The notes under the pieces were generated by a model. It saw nothing but the letters and a program-made list of their open reading frames with translations. It did no database searches and had not been told where the DNA came from. Below are positions 32,398 through 39,413 of a DNA stretch of 64,000 bases, piece after piece (positions within the stretch are counted from its first letter, which is position 1; each line of letters starts with the position of its first letter). Origin of the DNA: Defluviicoccus sp. (GTDB taxonomy: Bacteria > Pseudomonadota > Alphaproteobacteria > MPNO01); NCBI GenBank assembly GCA_022826125.1, contig JAJDVM010000264.1, positions 1,553-65,552 on the forward strand, in the 5' to 3' direction. The translations under genes were made by a program, and so were the position numbers.

Positions 32398-33495
32398 TTA
32401 GGCCGTCTCCGACCCCCGCGGCGTCAGCCGGGTGACGTGGCCCATCTTGCGTCCGGGGCGCGCGTCGGCCTTGCCGTAGAGGTGGAGGCAGGCGCCCGGC
32501 TCTGCCGTGATCTCGGGCCAGTCCCCGAGCTCCGCGTCCAGGATGTTGGTCATGACGGCGTCGCTGTGGCGCGCCGGGTCGGCGAGCGGGAGGGCGCAGG
32601 CCGCGCGCACCGCCTGCTCGAACTGGCTCGCCGCGCAGGCATCGAGCGTCCAGTGGCCCGAATTGTGCACCCGGGGCGCGATCTCGTTGGCGAGCAGCGC
32701 GCCGTCGCGCGTGACGAAGAGCTCGACCGCGAGCACCCCGACATAGTCGAGCGCCTCGGCGATGCGGGCCGCGACGGAGCGTGCTTCCTCGTCGACCGCC
32801 GGGGCGATGCGCGCCGGAACGCGCGAGGTGCGGAGGATGCCGTTCTCGTGCTCGTTCTCCACGGTGTCGAACGCGGCCGTCGCGCCGTCATGCGCGCGCG
32901 CGATCACCACCGAAACCTCGCATTGGAAATCGACGCGCTCTTCGAGGATCGCGCGGCCCGCGCCCAGTTGCCGCCAGGCGGCCTCCGGGTCGGCCCCGGG
33001 GCGGACTTCCCGCTGGCCCTTGCCGTCGTAACCGAGCCGCGCGGTCTTGAGGATCGCGGGCGCGCCGATATCGTCCATCGCCCGGCGGAGATCGGCGGCG
33101 GACGCGACCGCCGCGAAACGGGCCGTGGAGACGCCGACGGCGTTGAGAAAGCACTTCTCCTCCACCCGGTCCTGGGCGATGGCGAGCGCCCGCGCGTCCG
33201 GGCGGACCGGAACCGTCTCCGCGAGCCGTTCGACCGTCGCGGCCGGAACGTTCTCGAATTCGAGGGTGACGACGTCGACGGAATTCGCGAACCCGGCGAG
33301 CGCGGCCTCGTCGCGATAGTCCGCGCATGTCGCGAACGCCGCGACCTCGGCGGCGGGGGCGTCCTCCTCCGGGCAATAGACGTGGCAGCGATAGCCCAGC
33401 CTCGCCGCCGCCGCCGCGATCATCCGGCCGAGCTGGCCGCCGCCCAGGATGCCGATGACCGAACCCGGCGGCAGGGTCGCCGGCGCGCCGGCCAT
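32398..33495 (-). CDS. purK: 5-(carboxyamino)imidazole ribonucleotide synthase
   Basis: 365 aa. The N-terminus is IGILGGGQLGRMIAAAAARLGY, with an ATP-grasp body and C-terminal RKMGHVT. Confidence 0.93.
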   Translation of the reverse strand: MAGAPATLPPGSVIGILGGGQLGRMIAAAAARLGYRCHVYCPEEDAPAAEVAAFATCADYRDEAALAGFANSVDVVTLEFENVPAATVERLAETVPVRPDARALAIAQDRVEEKCFLNAVGVSTARFAAVASAADLRRAMDDIGAPAILKTARLGYDGKGQREVRPGADPEAAWRQLGAGRAILEERVDFQCEVSVVIARAHDGATAAFDTVENEHENGILRTSRVPARIAPAVDEEARSVAARIAEALDYVGVLAVELFVTRDGALLANEIAPRVHNSGHWTLDACAASQFEQAVRAACALPLADPARHSDAVMTNILDAELGDWPEITAEPGACLHLYGKADARPGRKMGHVTRLTPRGSETA

Positions 33496-33496
33496 G

Positions 33497-34012
33497 TCAG
33501 TTCCCGGGATCGACCGGATCGACCGGGACCGCGGCCGACTGCCGGCGGCGCCAGTCCTCCAGCCGTTCCGCGAGCGCGGGGTCGAGCAGGGCGAGCACCG
33601 AGGCCGCGAGCAGCCCCGCGTTGATCGCGCCCGCCTTGCCGATGGCGACGGTCCCGACCGGCACGCCGCCCGGCATCTGGACGATCGAGAGCAGGCTGTC
33701 GAGGCCGGAAAGCGCCTCGGAACGGACCGGCACCCCGAAGACGGGGAGGGTGGTCATCGAGGCGACCATGCCCGGCAGATGCGCCGCGCCGCCGGCGCCG
33801 GCGACGATCGCCCTGATCCCCCGCCCGCGCGCCTCGCGGGCGTAGGCGTAGAGGCGGTCGGGCGTCCGGTGCGCCGAGACCACGCGGGTCTCCACCGCGA
33901 CGCCGAGCTCCTCGAGCACGTCCGCCGCGTGGCGCATCGTCGGCCAGTCCGACCGGCTGCCCATGATCACGCCGACCAGCGGCGTGCCGTCCTTCCGGTT
34001 CTCTTCGGGCAA
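33497..34012 (-). CDS. purE: 5-(carboxyamino)imidazole ribonucleotide mutase
   Basis: [13 protein letters not shown]...SAHRTP...[10 protein letters not shown]. The start is TTG, with GGAGA 7 nt upstream. Confidence 0.95.
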   Translation of the reverse strand: MPEENRKDGTPLVGVIMGSRSDWPTMRHAADVLEELGVAVETRVVSAHRTPDRLYAYAREARGRGIRAIVAGAGGAAHLPGMVASMTTLPVFGVPVRSEALSGLDSLLSIVQMPGGVPVGTVAIGKAGAINAGLLAASVLALLDPALAERLEDWRRRQSAAVPVDPVDPGN

Positions 34013-34033
34013 AATCCGTGTCTCCGTCGGGCG

Positions 34034-34249
34034 TCAGGCGATGATGTCGGGGACCAGCAGCGCGCGGATTCGCGCGATCTCGTCCTTCAGCCTCAGCTTG
34101 CGCTTCTTGAGCCGCTGCACCTGCAACTGGTCGTAGACCGGCGTCTCCGCGATGCGGGCGATCACGTCGTCGAGATCGCGGTGCTCCGTCTCCAGCTCGG
34201 CGAGACGCCGCCGCAGGGTGTCCAGCTCTCCCATGGTACCGCTACACAT
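34034..34249 (-). CDS. DUF465 (YdcH-like) small protein
   Basis: ...LRRRLAELETEHRDLDDVIARI...LQVQRLKKRKLRLKDEIARI. The start is either ATG 34249 or ATG 34234. Confidence 0.75.
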   Translation of the reverse strand: MCSGTMGELDTLRRRLAELETEHRDLDDVIARIAETPVYDQLQVQRLKKRKLRLKDEIARIRALLVPDIIA

Positions 34250-34337
34250 TCGCGCAAACCGGCCGCAGGATAGCAGAATCCGCGCCGAACCGTTATCACT
34301 GGAGACATCGAAACCCTTCCGAATCGAGGAGGCAAGC

Positions 34338-34907
34338 GTGGCGGCCGAATTTCCCGACCACCCGTTCTGGGACTTTTCGCTCCGGGTCTATGGCAGCGAG
34401 GGCGTGCCGGAGGCCTGCCTGGTGCTGCAGGAGCGCCACGGGATCGACGTGAACGTGCTGCTCTACTGCTGCTGGCTCGGCGCCAGCGGGCGGGGGACGG
34501 TGGACGACGGCGAGATCGCCGCGGTGCGCGGTGCGGTCGAACACTGGCACCGCGACGTGGTCCGCGCGGTCCGCGCCGTCCGCCAGCGGCTGAAGGGCGG
34601 GTTCGGCGGGGCGCCGGTCGATCTCAGCGAGCCGATTCGCCGGCGTATCGCCAAGATCGAGGTCGACCTGGAGCATGTCGAGCAGCTGATGCTGGCCGGA
34701 TCGGTGGTCCGCGACGCCGACGACGGTCTCGACGACGCCGCGCGGCTGGACCATGCCCTCGACAATGCCGGCGCCTATTTCCGGGCCGAGGGAATCGCCC
34801 CCGATGCCGCCGACGCCTCGCAGACCGCGATCATCGTCGGCCCCGCGTTCGACGCCCTCGATTCCGCCGCCGTCGCCGACGCCGCCCTGGCGCGGCTCGC
34901 GTCCTGA
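34338..34907 (+). CDS. TIGR02444/DUF2390 family protein (tentative)
   Basis: 189 aa from GTG 34338, preceded by GAGGAGG: ...HPFWDFSLRVYGSEGVPEACLVLQERHGIDVNVLLYCCWLG... Confidence 0.6.
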   Translation: MAAEFPDHPFWDFSLRVYGSEGVPEACLVLQERHGIDVNVLLYCCWLGASGRGTVDDGEIAAVRGAVEHWHRDVVRAVRAVRQRLKGGFGGAPVDLSEPIRRRIAKIEVDLEHVEQLMLAGSVVRDADDGLDDAARLDHALDNAGAYFRAEGIAPDAADASQTAIIVGPAFDALDSAAVADAALARLAS

Positions 34908-34997
34908 CCGTCCCGGTCTCCCGCGAGAGTCGATTGCATCCACCGCCGGGCGGGGTATCCTGATTCCCATGCATCGAAGGGAAGAGGGGGACGGTCG

Positions 34998-35171
34998 ATG
35001 ACTGTCGAAGAGCAGGTCGCCTCCTTGAAGGCTCGCCACGCCGAGCTCGAGGAGGCGCTGACCCAGGAACACGCGCGGCCCCTGCCGGACGCCGCGACGA
35101 TCGCGGACCTCAAGAAACGCAAACTCAGGATCAAGGACGAACTCGCCAGGCTGACGGTAGCGACCGGCTAG
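34998..35171 (+). CDS. DUF465 (YdcH-like) small protein, second copy
   Basis: 57 aa, not in the ORF track: MTVEEQVASLKARHAELEEALTQEHARPLPDAATIADLKKRKLRIKDELARLTVATG. Confidence 0.65.
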   Translation: MTVEEQVASLKARHAELEEALTQEHARPLPDAATIADLKKRKLRIKDELARLTVATG

Positions 35172-35242
35172 ATCCGCGGCTCCGGGCGCTTCGGCCCCGT
35201 GCCGGGCTTCTTCGCCGCCATCCCCATCGAGGAGGAGATGTC

Positions 35243-37138
35243 GTGAGCGAGCGCTACAACGAAATCTACCGCCGTTCCCTGGACGACCCGGACGGTTTCT
35301 GGGCGGAAGCCGCCGAGGCGATCGACTGGCACCGTCGCTGGGACCGCGTGGTCGACGAGAACGCGCAGCCGGCGGCCCGCTGGTTCGCGGGCGGGATGCT
35401 GAACACCTGCCACAACGCGCTCGACCGGCATGTCGCGGCGGGGAACGGCGACCGGCCGGCGCTGATCTACGACAGCCCCGTCACCGGCACGCAGCAGCGC
35501 TTCACCTATGCCGGGCTCCGCGACCGCGTGGCGCAATTCGCCGGCGCCCTCGCGGCGCGGGGCGTCGGTCGCGGCGACCGGGTGGTGATCTACATGCCGA
35601 TGGTGCCCGAGGCGGCGGTCGCCATGCTCGCCTGCGCCAGGATCGGCGCCGTCCACTCGGTCGTCTTCGGCGGGTTCGCGGCCAACGAGCTCGCCGTCAG
35701 GATCGACGATTCGACGCCCAAGGCGATCGTCGCCGGCTCCTGCGGGATCGAGCCCGGCCGGGTGGTCCATTACAAGCCGCTGCTCGACGAGGCGATCGAG
35801 ATCGCCAGCCACAAGCCGGATTTCTGCGTCATCCTGCAGCGCGAGGCCGGACCCGCGGAGCTGATCCCCGGCCGCGACGTCGACTGGAACGAGGCCGTCG
35901 CGGCGGCGTCTCCGGTCGACTGCGTGCCCGTGGCGGCGACCGATCCGCTCTACATCCTCTACACCTCGGGGACGACGGGCCAGCCCAAGGGGATCGTCCG
36001 CGACAATGGCGGGCACGCGGTGGTCCTCAAATGGTCGATGCCCAACATCTACGATACCGGACCGGGCGAGGTGTTCTGGGCCGCCTCCGACGTGGGCTGG
36101 GTGGTGGGGCACTCCTATATCGTCTACGCGCCGCTGCTGAACGGATCGACCAGCATCCTGTTCGAAGGCAAGCCGATCGGCACGCCCGACGCGGGCGTCT
36201 ACTGGCGGGTGATCGCCGAGCATGGCGTCAAGGCGCTGTTCACCGCGCCGACCGCGTTCCGCGCGATCAAGAAGGAAGACCCCGACTGCGCGCTCCGCGC
36301 GGCCTACGACATGTCCGGTTTCGAGGCCCTGTACCTCGCCGGCGAGCGGGCCGATCCCGACACCGTCAAATGGGCCGAGGACCATCTCGGCGTGCCGGTG
36401 ATCGACCATTGGTGGCAGACCGAGACGGGCTGGCCGATCGCCGCCAACTGCGTCGGCCTGGGACGGGTGCCGATCAAGTACGGCTCGCCGACCCGCGCCG
36501 TGCCGGGCTGGGACCTGCGGGTGCTCGACGAGGCGGGCAAGGAGCGTCCCGCGGGCGAGATCGGCGCGCTGGTCGCGCGCCTGCCGATGCCGCCCGGCTG
36601 CGCGCCGACGCTGTGGAACGCCGACCGGCGGTTCCGCGAGGCCTATCTGACCGAGTTCCCCGGCAATTACGCCACCGCCGACGCCGGATACATCGACGAG
36701 GACGGCTACGTGTTCGTTATGGCGAGGACCGACGACATCATCAACGTCGCCGGACACCGGCTGTCGACCGGCGCGATGGAGGAGGTGCTCGCCGAGCATC
36801 CCGACGTCGCGGAATGCGCGGTGATCGGCGTCGCCGACGCGCTCAAGGGCCAGGTCCCCTTCGGCCTGCTGGTCCTCAAGGACGGGGTCGAGCGGGACAC
36901 CGCCGCCATCGTCGACGAGGCGGTGGGCATGGTGCGCGGGCGGATCGGGCCGGTCGCCGCCTTCAAGTCGGCCTCGGTGGTGGGCCGCCTGCCCAAGACG
37001 CGGTCGGGCAAGATCCTGCGCGGCACGATGCGCCGGATCGCCGACGGCGAGGAGTGGACCATGCCCGCGACCATCGAGGACCCGGCGGCCCTCGACGAGA
37101 TCGCGGTGTCGCTGAGCGCGGCCGGCTACCCGAACTGA
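35243..37138 (+). CDS. prpE: propionate--CoA ligase / acyl-CoA synthetase
   Basis: 631 aa. The N-terminus is MSERYNEIYRRSLDDPDGFWAEAA. The AMP-binding motif is YTSGTTGQPKG, and the C-terminal region contains PKTRSGKILR. GTG start with a GGAGGAG RBS. Confidence 0.8.
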   Translation: MSERYNEIYRRSLDDPDGFWAEAAEAIDWHRRWDRVVDENAQPAARWFAGGMLNTCHNALDRHVAAGNGDRPALIYDSPVTGTQQRFTYAGLRDRVAQFAGALAARGVGRGDRVVIYMPMVPEAAVAMLACARIGAVHSVVFGGFAANELAVRIDDSTPKAIVAGSCGIEPGRVVHYKPLLDEAIEIASHKPDFCVILQREAGPAELIPGRDVDWNEAVAAASPVDCVPVAATDPLYILYTSGTTGQPKGIVRDNGGHAVVLKWSMPNIYDTGPGEVFWAASDVGWVVGHSYIVYAPLLNGSTSILFEGKPIGTPDAGVYWRVIAEHGVKALFTAPTAFRAIKKEDPDCALRAAYDMSGFEALYLAGERADPDTVKWAEDHLGVPVIDHWWQTETGWPIAANCVGLGRVPIKYGSPTRAVPGWDLRVLDEAGKERPAGEIGALVARLPMPPGCAPTLWNADRRFREAYLTEFPGNYATADAGYIDEDGYVFVMARTDDIINVAGHRLSTGAMEEVLAEHPDVAECAVIGVADALKGQVPFGLLVLKDGVERDTAAIVDEAVGMVRGRIGPVAAFKSASVVGRLPKTRSGKILRGTMRRIADGEEWTMPATIEDPAALDEIAVSLSAAGYPN

Positions 37139-37740
37139 GGATCGGGATCCGGCGGGTCGGGCTCGGTCCGGGCGAGCTGCTCCACCGGAAACACGTCGTC
37201 CCCCTCGTCCACCGGCTCGGGGACGTAGCCGGCCTTTTTCAACGCCGCGTCGAGGTCGGCGCGGGTGCACAGCTCCAGCCCGACCGGCTCGCGCGGCTTG
37301 ATGTTCGCCATGTTCCAGTGGGTGCGCTCGCGGATCGCGACGATGGTCGGCTTGGTGGTGCCGATCAGCTTCGAGATCTGGCCGTCGGTGAGGTCCGGGC
37401 AGTGGCGCACCAGCCAGGCGATCGCGTCCGGCTTGTCCTGGCGGCGCGCGACCGGGGTGTAGCGCGGCCCCTTGGTCCTGGGCGACGGGCGCGGGATGTC
37501 CTGCTCCGCCATGGTCAGGCGCGCCGACGGATCGGCGCTGCACCGCTCGATCTCCTCGCGGGTGAGCTGGCCGTTGGAGATCGGGTCGAATCCGATCATC
37601 CCGATCGCGACCTCCTCGTCGGCGATGCTCTGCACCTCGAGCTCGTGGAGGCCGCAGAACGCGGCGATCTGGTCGAAGGTGAGCGCGGTGTTCTCGATCA
37701 GCCACACCGCGGTGGCCTTGGGCATCAGTGGGTTGGTCAT
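37126..37740 (-). CDS. DUF1013 domain protein (TrcR-like, alphaproteobacterial)
   Basis: MTNPLMPKATAVWLIENTALTFDQIAAFCGLHELEV..., the typical N-terminus of the DUF1013 family. Confidence 0.8.
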   Translation of the reverse strand: MTNPLMPKATAVWLIENTALTFDQIAAFCGLHELEVQSIADEEVAIGMIGFDPISNGQLTREEIERCSADPSARLTMAEQDIPRPSPRTKGPRYTPVARRQDKPDAIAWLVRHCPDLTDGQISKLIGTTKPTIVAIRERTHWNMANIKPREPVGLELCTRADLDAALKKAGYVPEPVDEGDDVFPVEQLARTEPDPPDPDPQFG

Positions 37741-37780
37741 GCGCTTTCTTTCGTCGCGGCCCGGTGGGTTCCGGGCGTTT

Positions 37781-38782
37781 TCAAACGGTCAGCACGATCT
37801 TACCGATATGCGCGCTCGATTCCATCAGCGCGTGCGCCCGGGCGGCCTCGTCGAGAGCGAAGGTGGTGTGGATGACCGGCCGCACGCTTCCCTCCGCCAG
37901 CAGCGGCCAGACCTTCTCCCTGAGCGCGTCGGCGATCGCGCCCTTCTGGGCGACGGTGCGGGGCCTCAGCGTCGAGCCGGTGAGCACCAGCCGCTTGACC
38001 ATCAGGAGGCCGAGCGGGATCGTCGCCTCCGCGCCCTCCCGGACCGCGATCTGGACCAGCCTCCCTTCGACGGCGAGCGCGCGGACGTTGCGCGCGAGAT
38101 AGTCGCCGCCGACCATGTCGAGGATCAGCTCGACGCCGCGCTTCTCCGTCAGCTCCCTGACGACGGCGACGAAATCCTCGTCGCTGTAGTTGATCGCCCG
38201 CTCCGCTCCCAATTCCTCGCAGAAGGCGCATTTCTCCGCCGTTCGCGCGGTCGCGAACACCCGGGCGCCGAAGGCGCGGGCGATCTGGATGGCGGTCGTG
38301 CCGATCCCGCCCGAGCCGCCGTGGATCAGCACCGTCTCGCCCGCGCGCAGCCGCCCGCCGTCGAACAGGTTGGTCCAGACGGTGAAGAAGGTCTCGGGCA
38401 GCGCCGCCGCCTGCACCATGTCGAGCCCGTCCGGGACCGGCAGGCATTGCGGCACCGGCACCGCGCAGTACTCGGCATAGCCGCCGCCGCTCACCAGCGC
38501 GCAGACGGACTCGCCCGGTGCTGGGCCGGAAACGCCGGGACCGAGCGCCACGACCTCTCCGGAGAGCTCCAGCCCCGGCAGGTCGCTCGCCCCCGGCGGC
38601 GGCGGGTAGTTGCCGCGCCGCTGGGCGACGTCGGGGAAGTTGACTCCCGCCGCCGCCACCCTGACCAGCACCTCGCCCTCGCCGGGCTCGGGCACCGGGC
38701 GGGTGCAGGGCCGCAGCATCTCCGGGCCGCCGGGTTCAACGATTTCGATCGCCTTCATCGAGGCGGGAACGCTCTGGGTCAT
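37781..38782 (-). CDS. NAD(P)H:quinone oxidoreductase (zeta-crystallin/PIG3 type MDR)
   Basis: 333 aa: ...GVNFPDVAQRRGNYPPPPGASDLPGLELSGEVV...LIHGGSGGIGTTAIQIA. Confidence 0.85.
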   Translation of the reverse strand: MTQSVPASMKAIEIVEPGGPEMLRPCTRPVPEPGEGEVLVRVAAAGVNFPDVAQRRGNYPPPPGASDLPGLELSGEVVALGPGVSGPAPGESVCALVSGGGYAEYCAVPVPQCLPVPDGLDMVQAAALPETFFTVWTNLFDGGRLRAGETVLIHGGSGGIGTTAIQIARAFGARVFATARTAEKCAFCEELGAERAINYSDEDFVAVVRELTEKRGVELILDMVGGDYLARNVRALAVEGRLVQIAVREGAEATIPLGLLMVKRLVLTGSTLRPRTVAQKGAIADALREKVWPLLAEGSVRPVIHTTFALDEAARAHALMESSAHIGKIVLTV

Positions 38783-38869
38783 CGCGGGGTTTCGGGGTGG
38801 GTCGAACGGGTTGCCTGTCTAACGGCTGGGCGACACACTGGCAAGGCGGATCGCAGGGGAGCCCGCGGC

Positions 38870-39055
38870 GTGGACGAAGAGGACCTGACGCCCCAGAAGG
38901 GGCCCAAGAAGCTCCGCGAGCTCGACTCGCTCTCCATCGGGGAGCTCGAGGAATACATCGCCGAGCTCGAAGCGGAAATCCGCCGCGTGCGCGAGGACAT
39001 CGAGAAGAAACAGCGCCACCGCGCCGGCGTCGAGGGGCTGTTCAAGCGCGGCTAA
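38870..39055 (+). CDS. DUF1192 domain small protein
   Basis: 61 aa from GTG 38870, forming the tail of track ORF 37472..39055: ...LDSLSIGELEEYIAELEAEIRRVREDIEKKQRHRAGVEGLFKRG. Confidence 0.65.
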   Translation: MDEEDLTPQKGPKKLRELDSLSIGELEEYIAELEAEIRRVREDIEKKQRHRAGVEGLFKRG

Positions 39056-39071
39056 TGTTTCACGTGAAACA
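39056..39071. other. parS centromere-like site (perfect TGTTTCACGTGAAACA)
   Basis: An exact 16/16 consensus match that starts on the base after the stop codon of the DUF1192 gene. Confidence 0.85.
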
Positions 39072-39092
39072 AAGGTCAGGGCTCTTGACCTA

Positions 39093-39108
39093 TGTTTCAC
39101 GTGAAACA
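39093..39108. other. parS centromere-like site (perfect TGTTTCACGTGAAACA)
   Basis: An exact 16/16 consensus match, 37 bp centre-to-centre from the previous site. A further half-site CGTGAAAC lies at 39113-39120. Confidence 0.85.
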
Positions 39109-39308
39109 TTAGCGTGAAACGGTATTTTTTCCGTCCCCCGGGGACGGAACGATCGTCCGCTCGCGCCCCGGAACCCGGTCCGGAGAAGCGCGTGGCAGGG
39201 AAAACCGGCGTCCCGCCAACGGTTTGCGGCCTGGCCTTCGCATGGCGGTTCCGCGCGGCACCGAGTCATCAGTGCATCAAAACCAGAGGCATCAAGATGC
39301 TCGAATGC

Positions 39309-39390
39309 CCTCTCCCGACCCTTCCCAGTGGGAAGGGAGAGGCGACGGAGAGGCCGGCCGCGAATCCCCTCACCCGCTTGCGGGGGAGGG
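39309..39390. repeat. REP-like GC-rich hairpin elements
   Basis: Hairpin CCCTTCCC-AGT-GGGAAGGG (39319-39337, extended by CCTCT/AGAGG). A second hairpin is CCCTCACCCGC-TT-GCGGGGGAGGG (39367-39390). Both lie just downstream of the polA stop and are compositionally related to 29762-29851. Confidence 0.45.
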
Positions 39391-39413
39391 CGGGTCGAGG
39401 CTGAAGGCCCGCC

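Noticed and set aside
39131-39147. The palindrome CCGTCCCCCGGGGACGG next to a T6 run, considered as an intrinsic terminator
   Set aside because: The T-run precedes the hairpin on the plus strand and becomes an A-run after it on the minus strand. The geometry is therefore wrong for either direction.
38819-39404. ORFs beginning MFHVKH/MFHVKQ (38819..39109 -, 38797..39117 +, 39114..39404 +)
   Set aside because: The MFHVK peptide is simply the translation of the parS palindrome. The remainder is non-coding spacer or the antisense strand of the DUF1192 gene.
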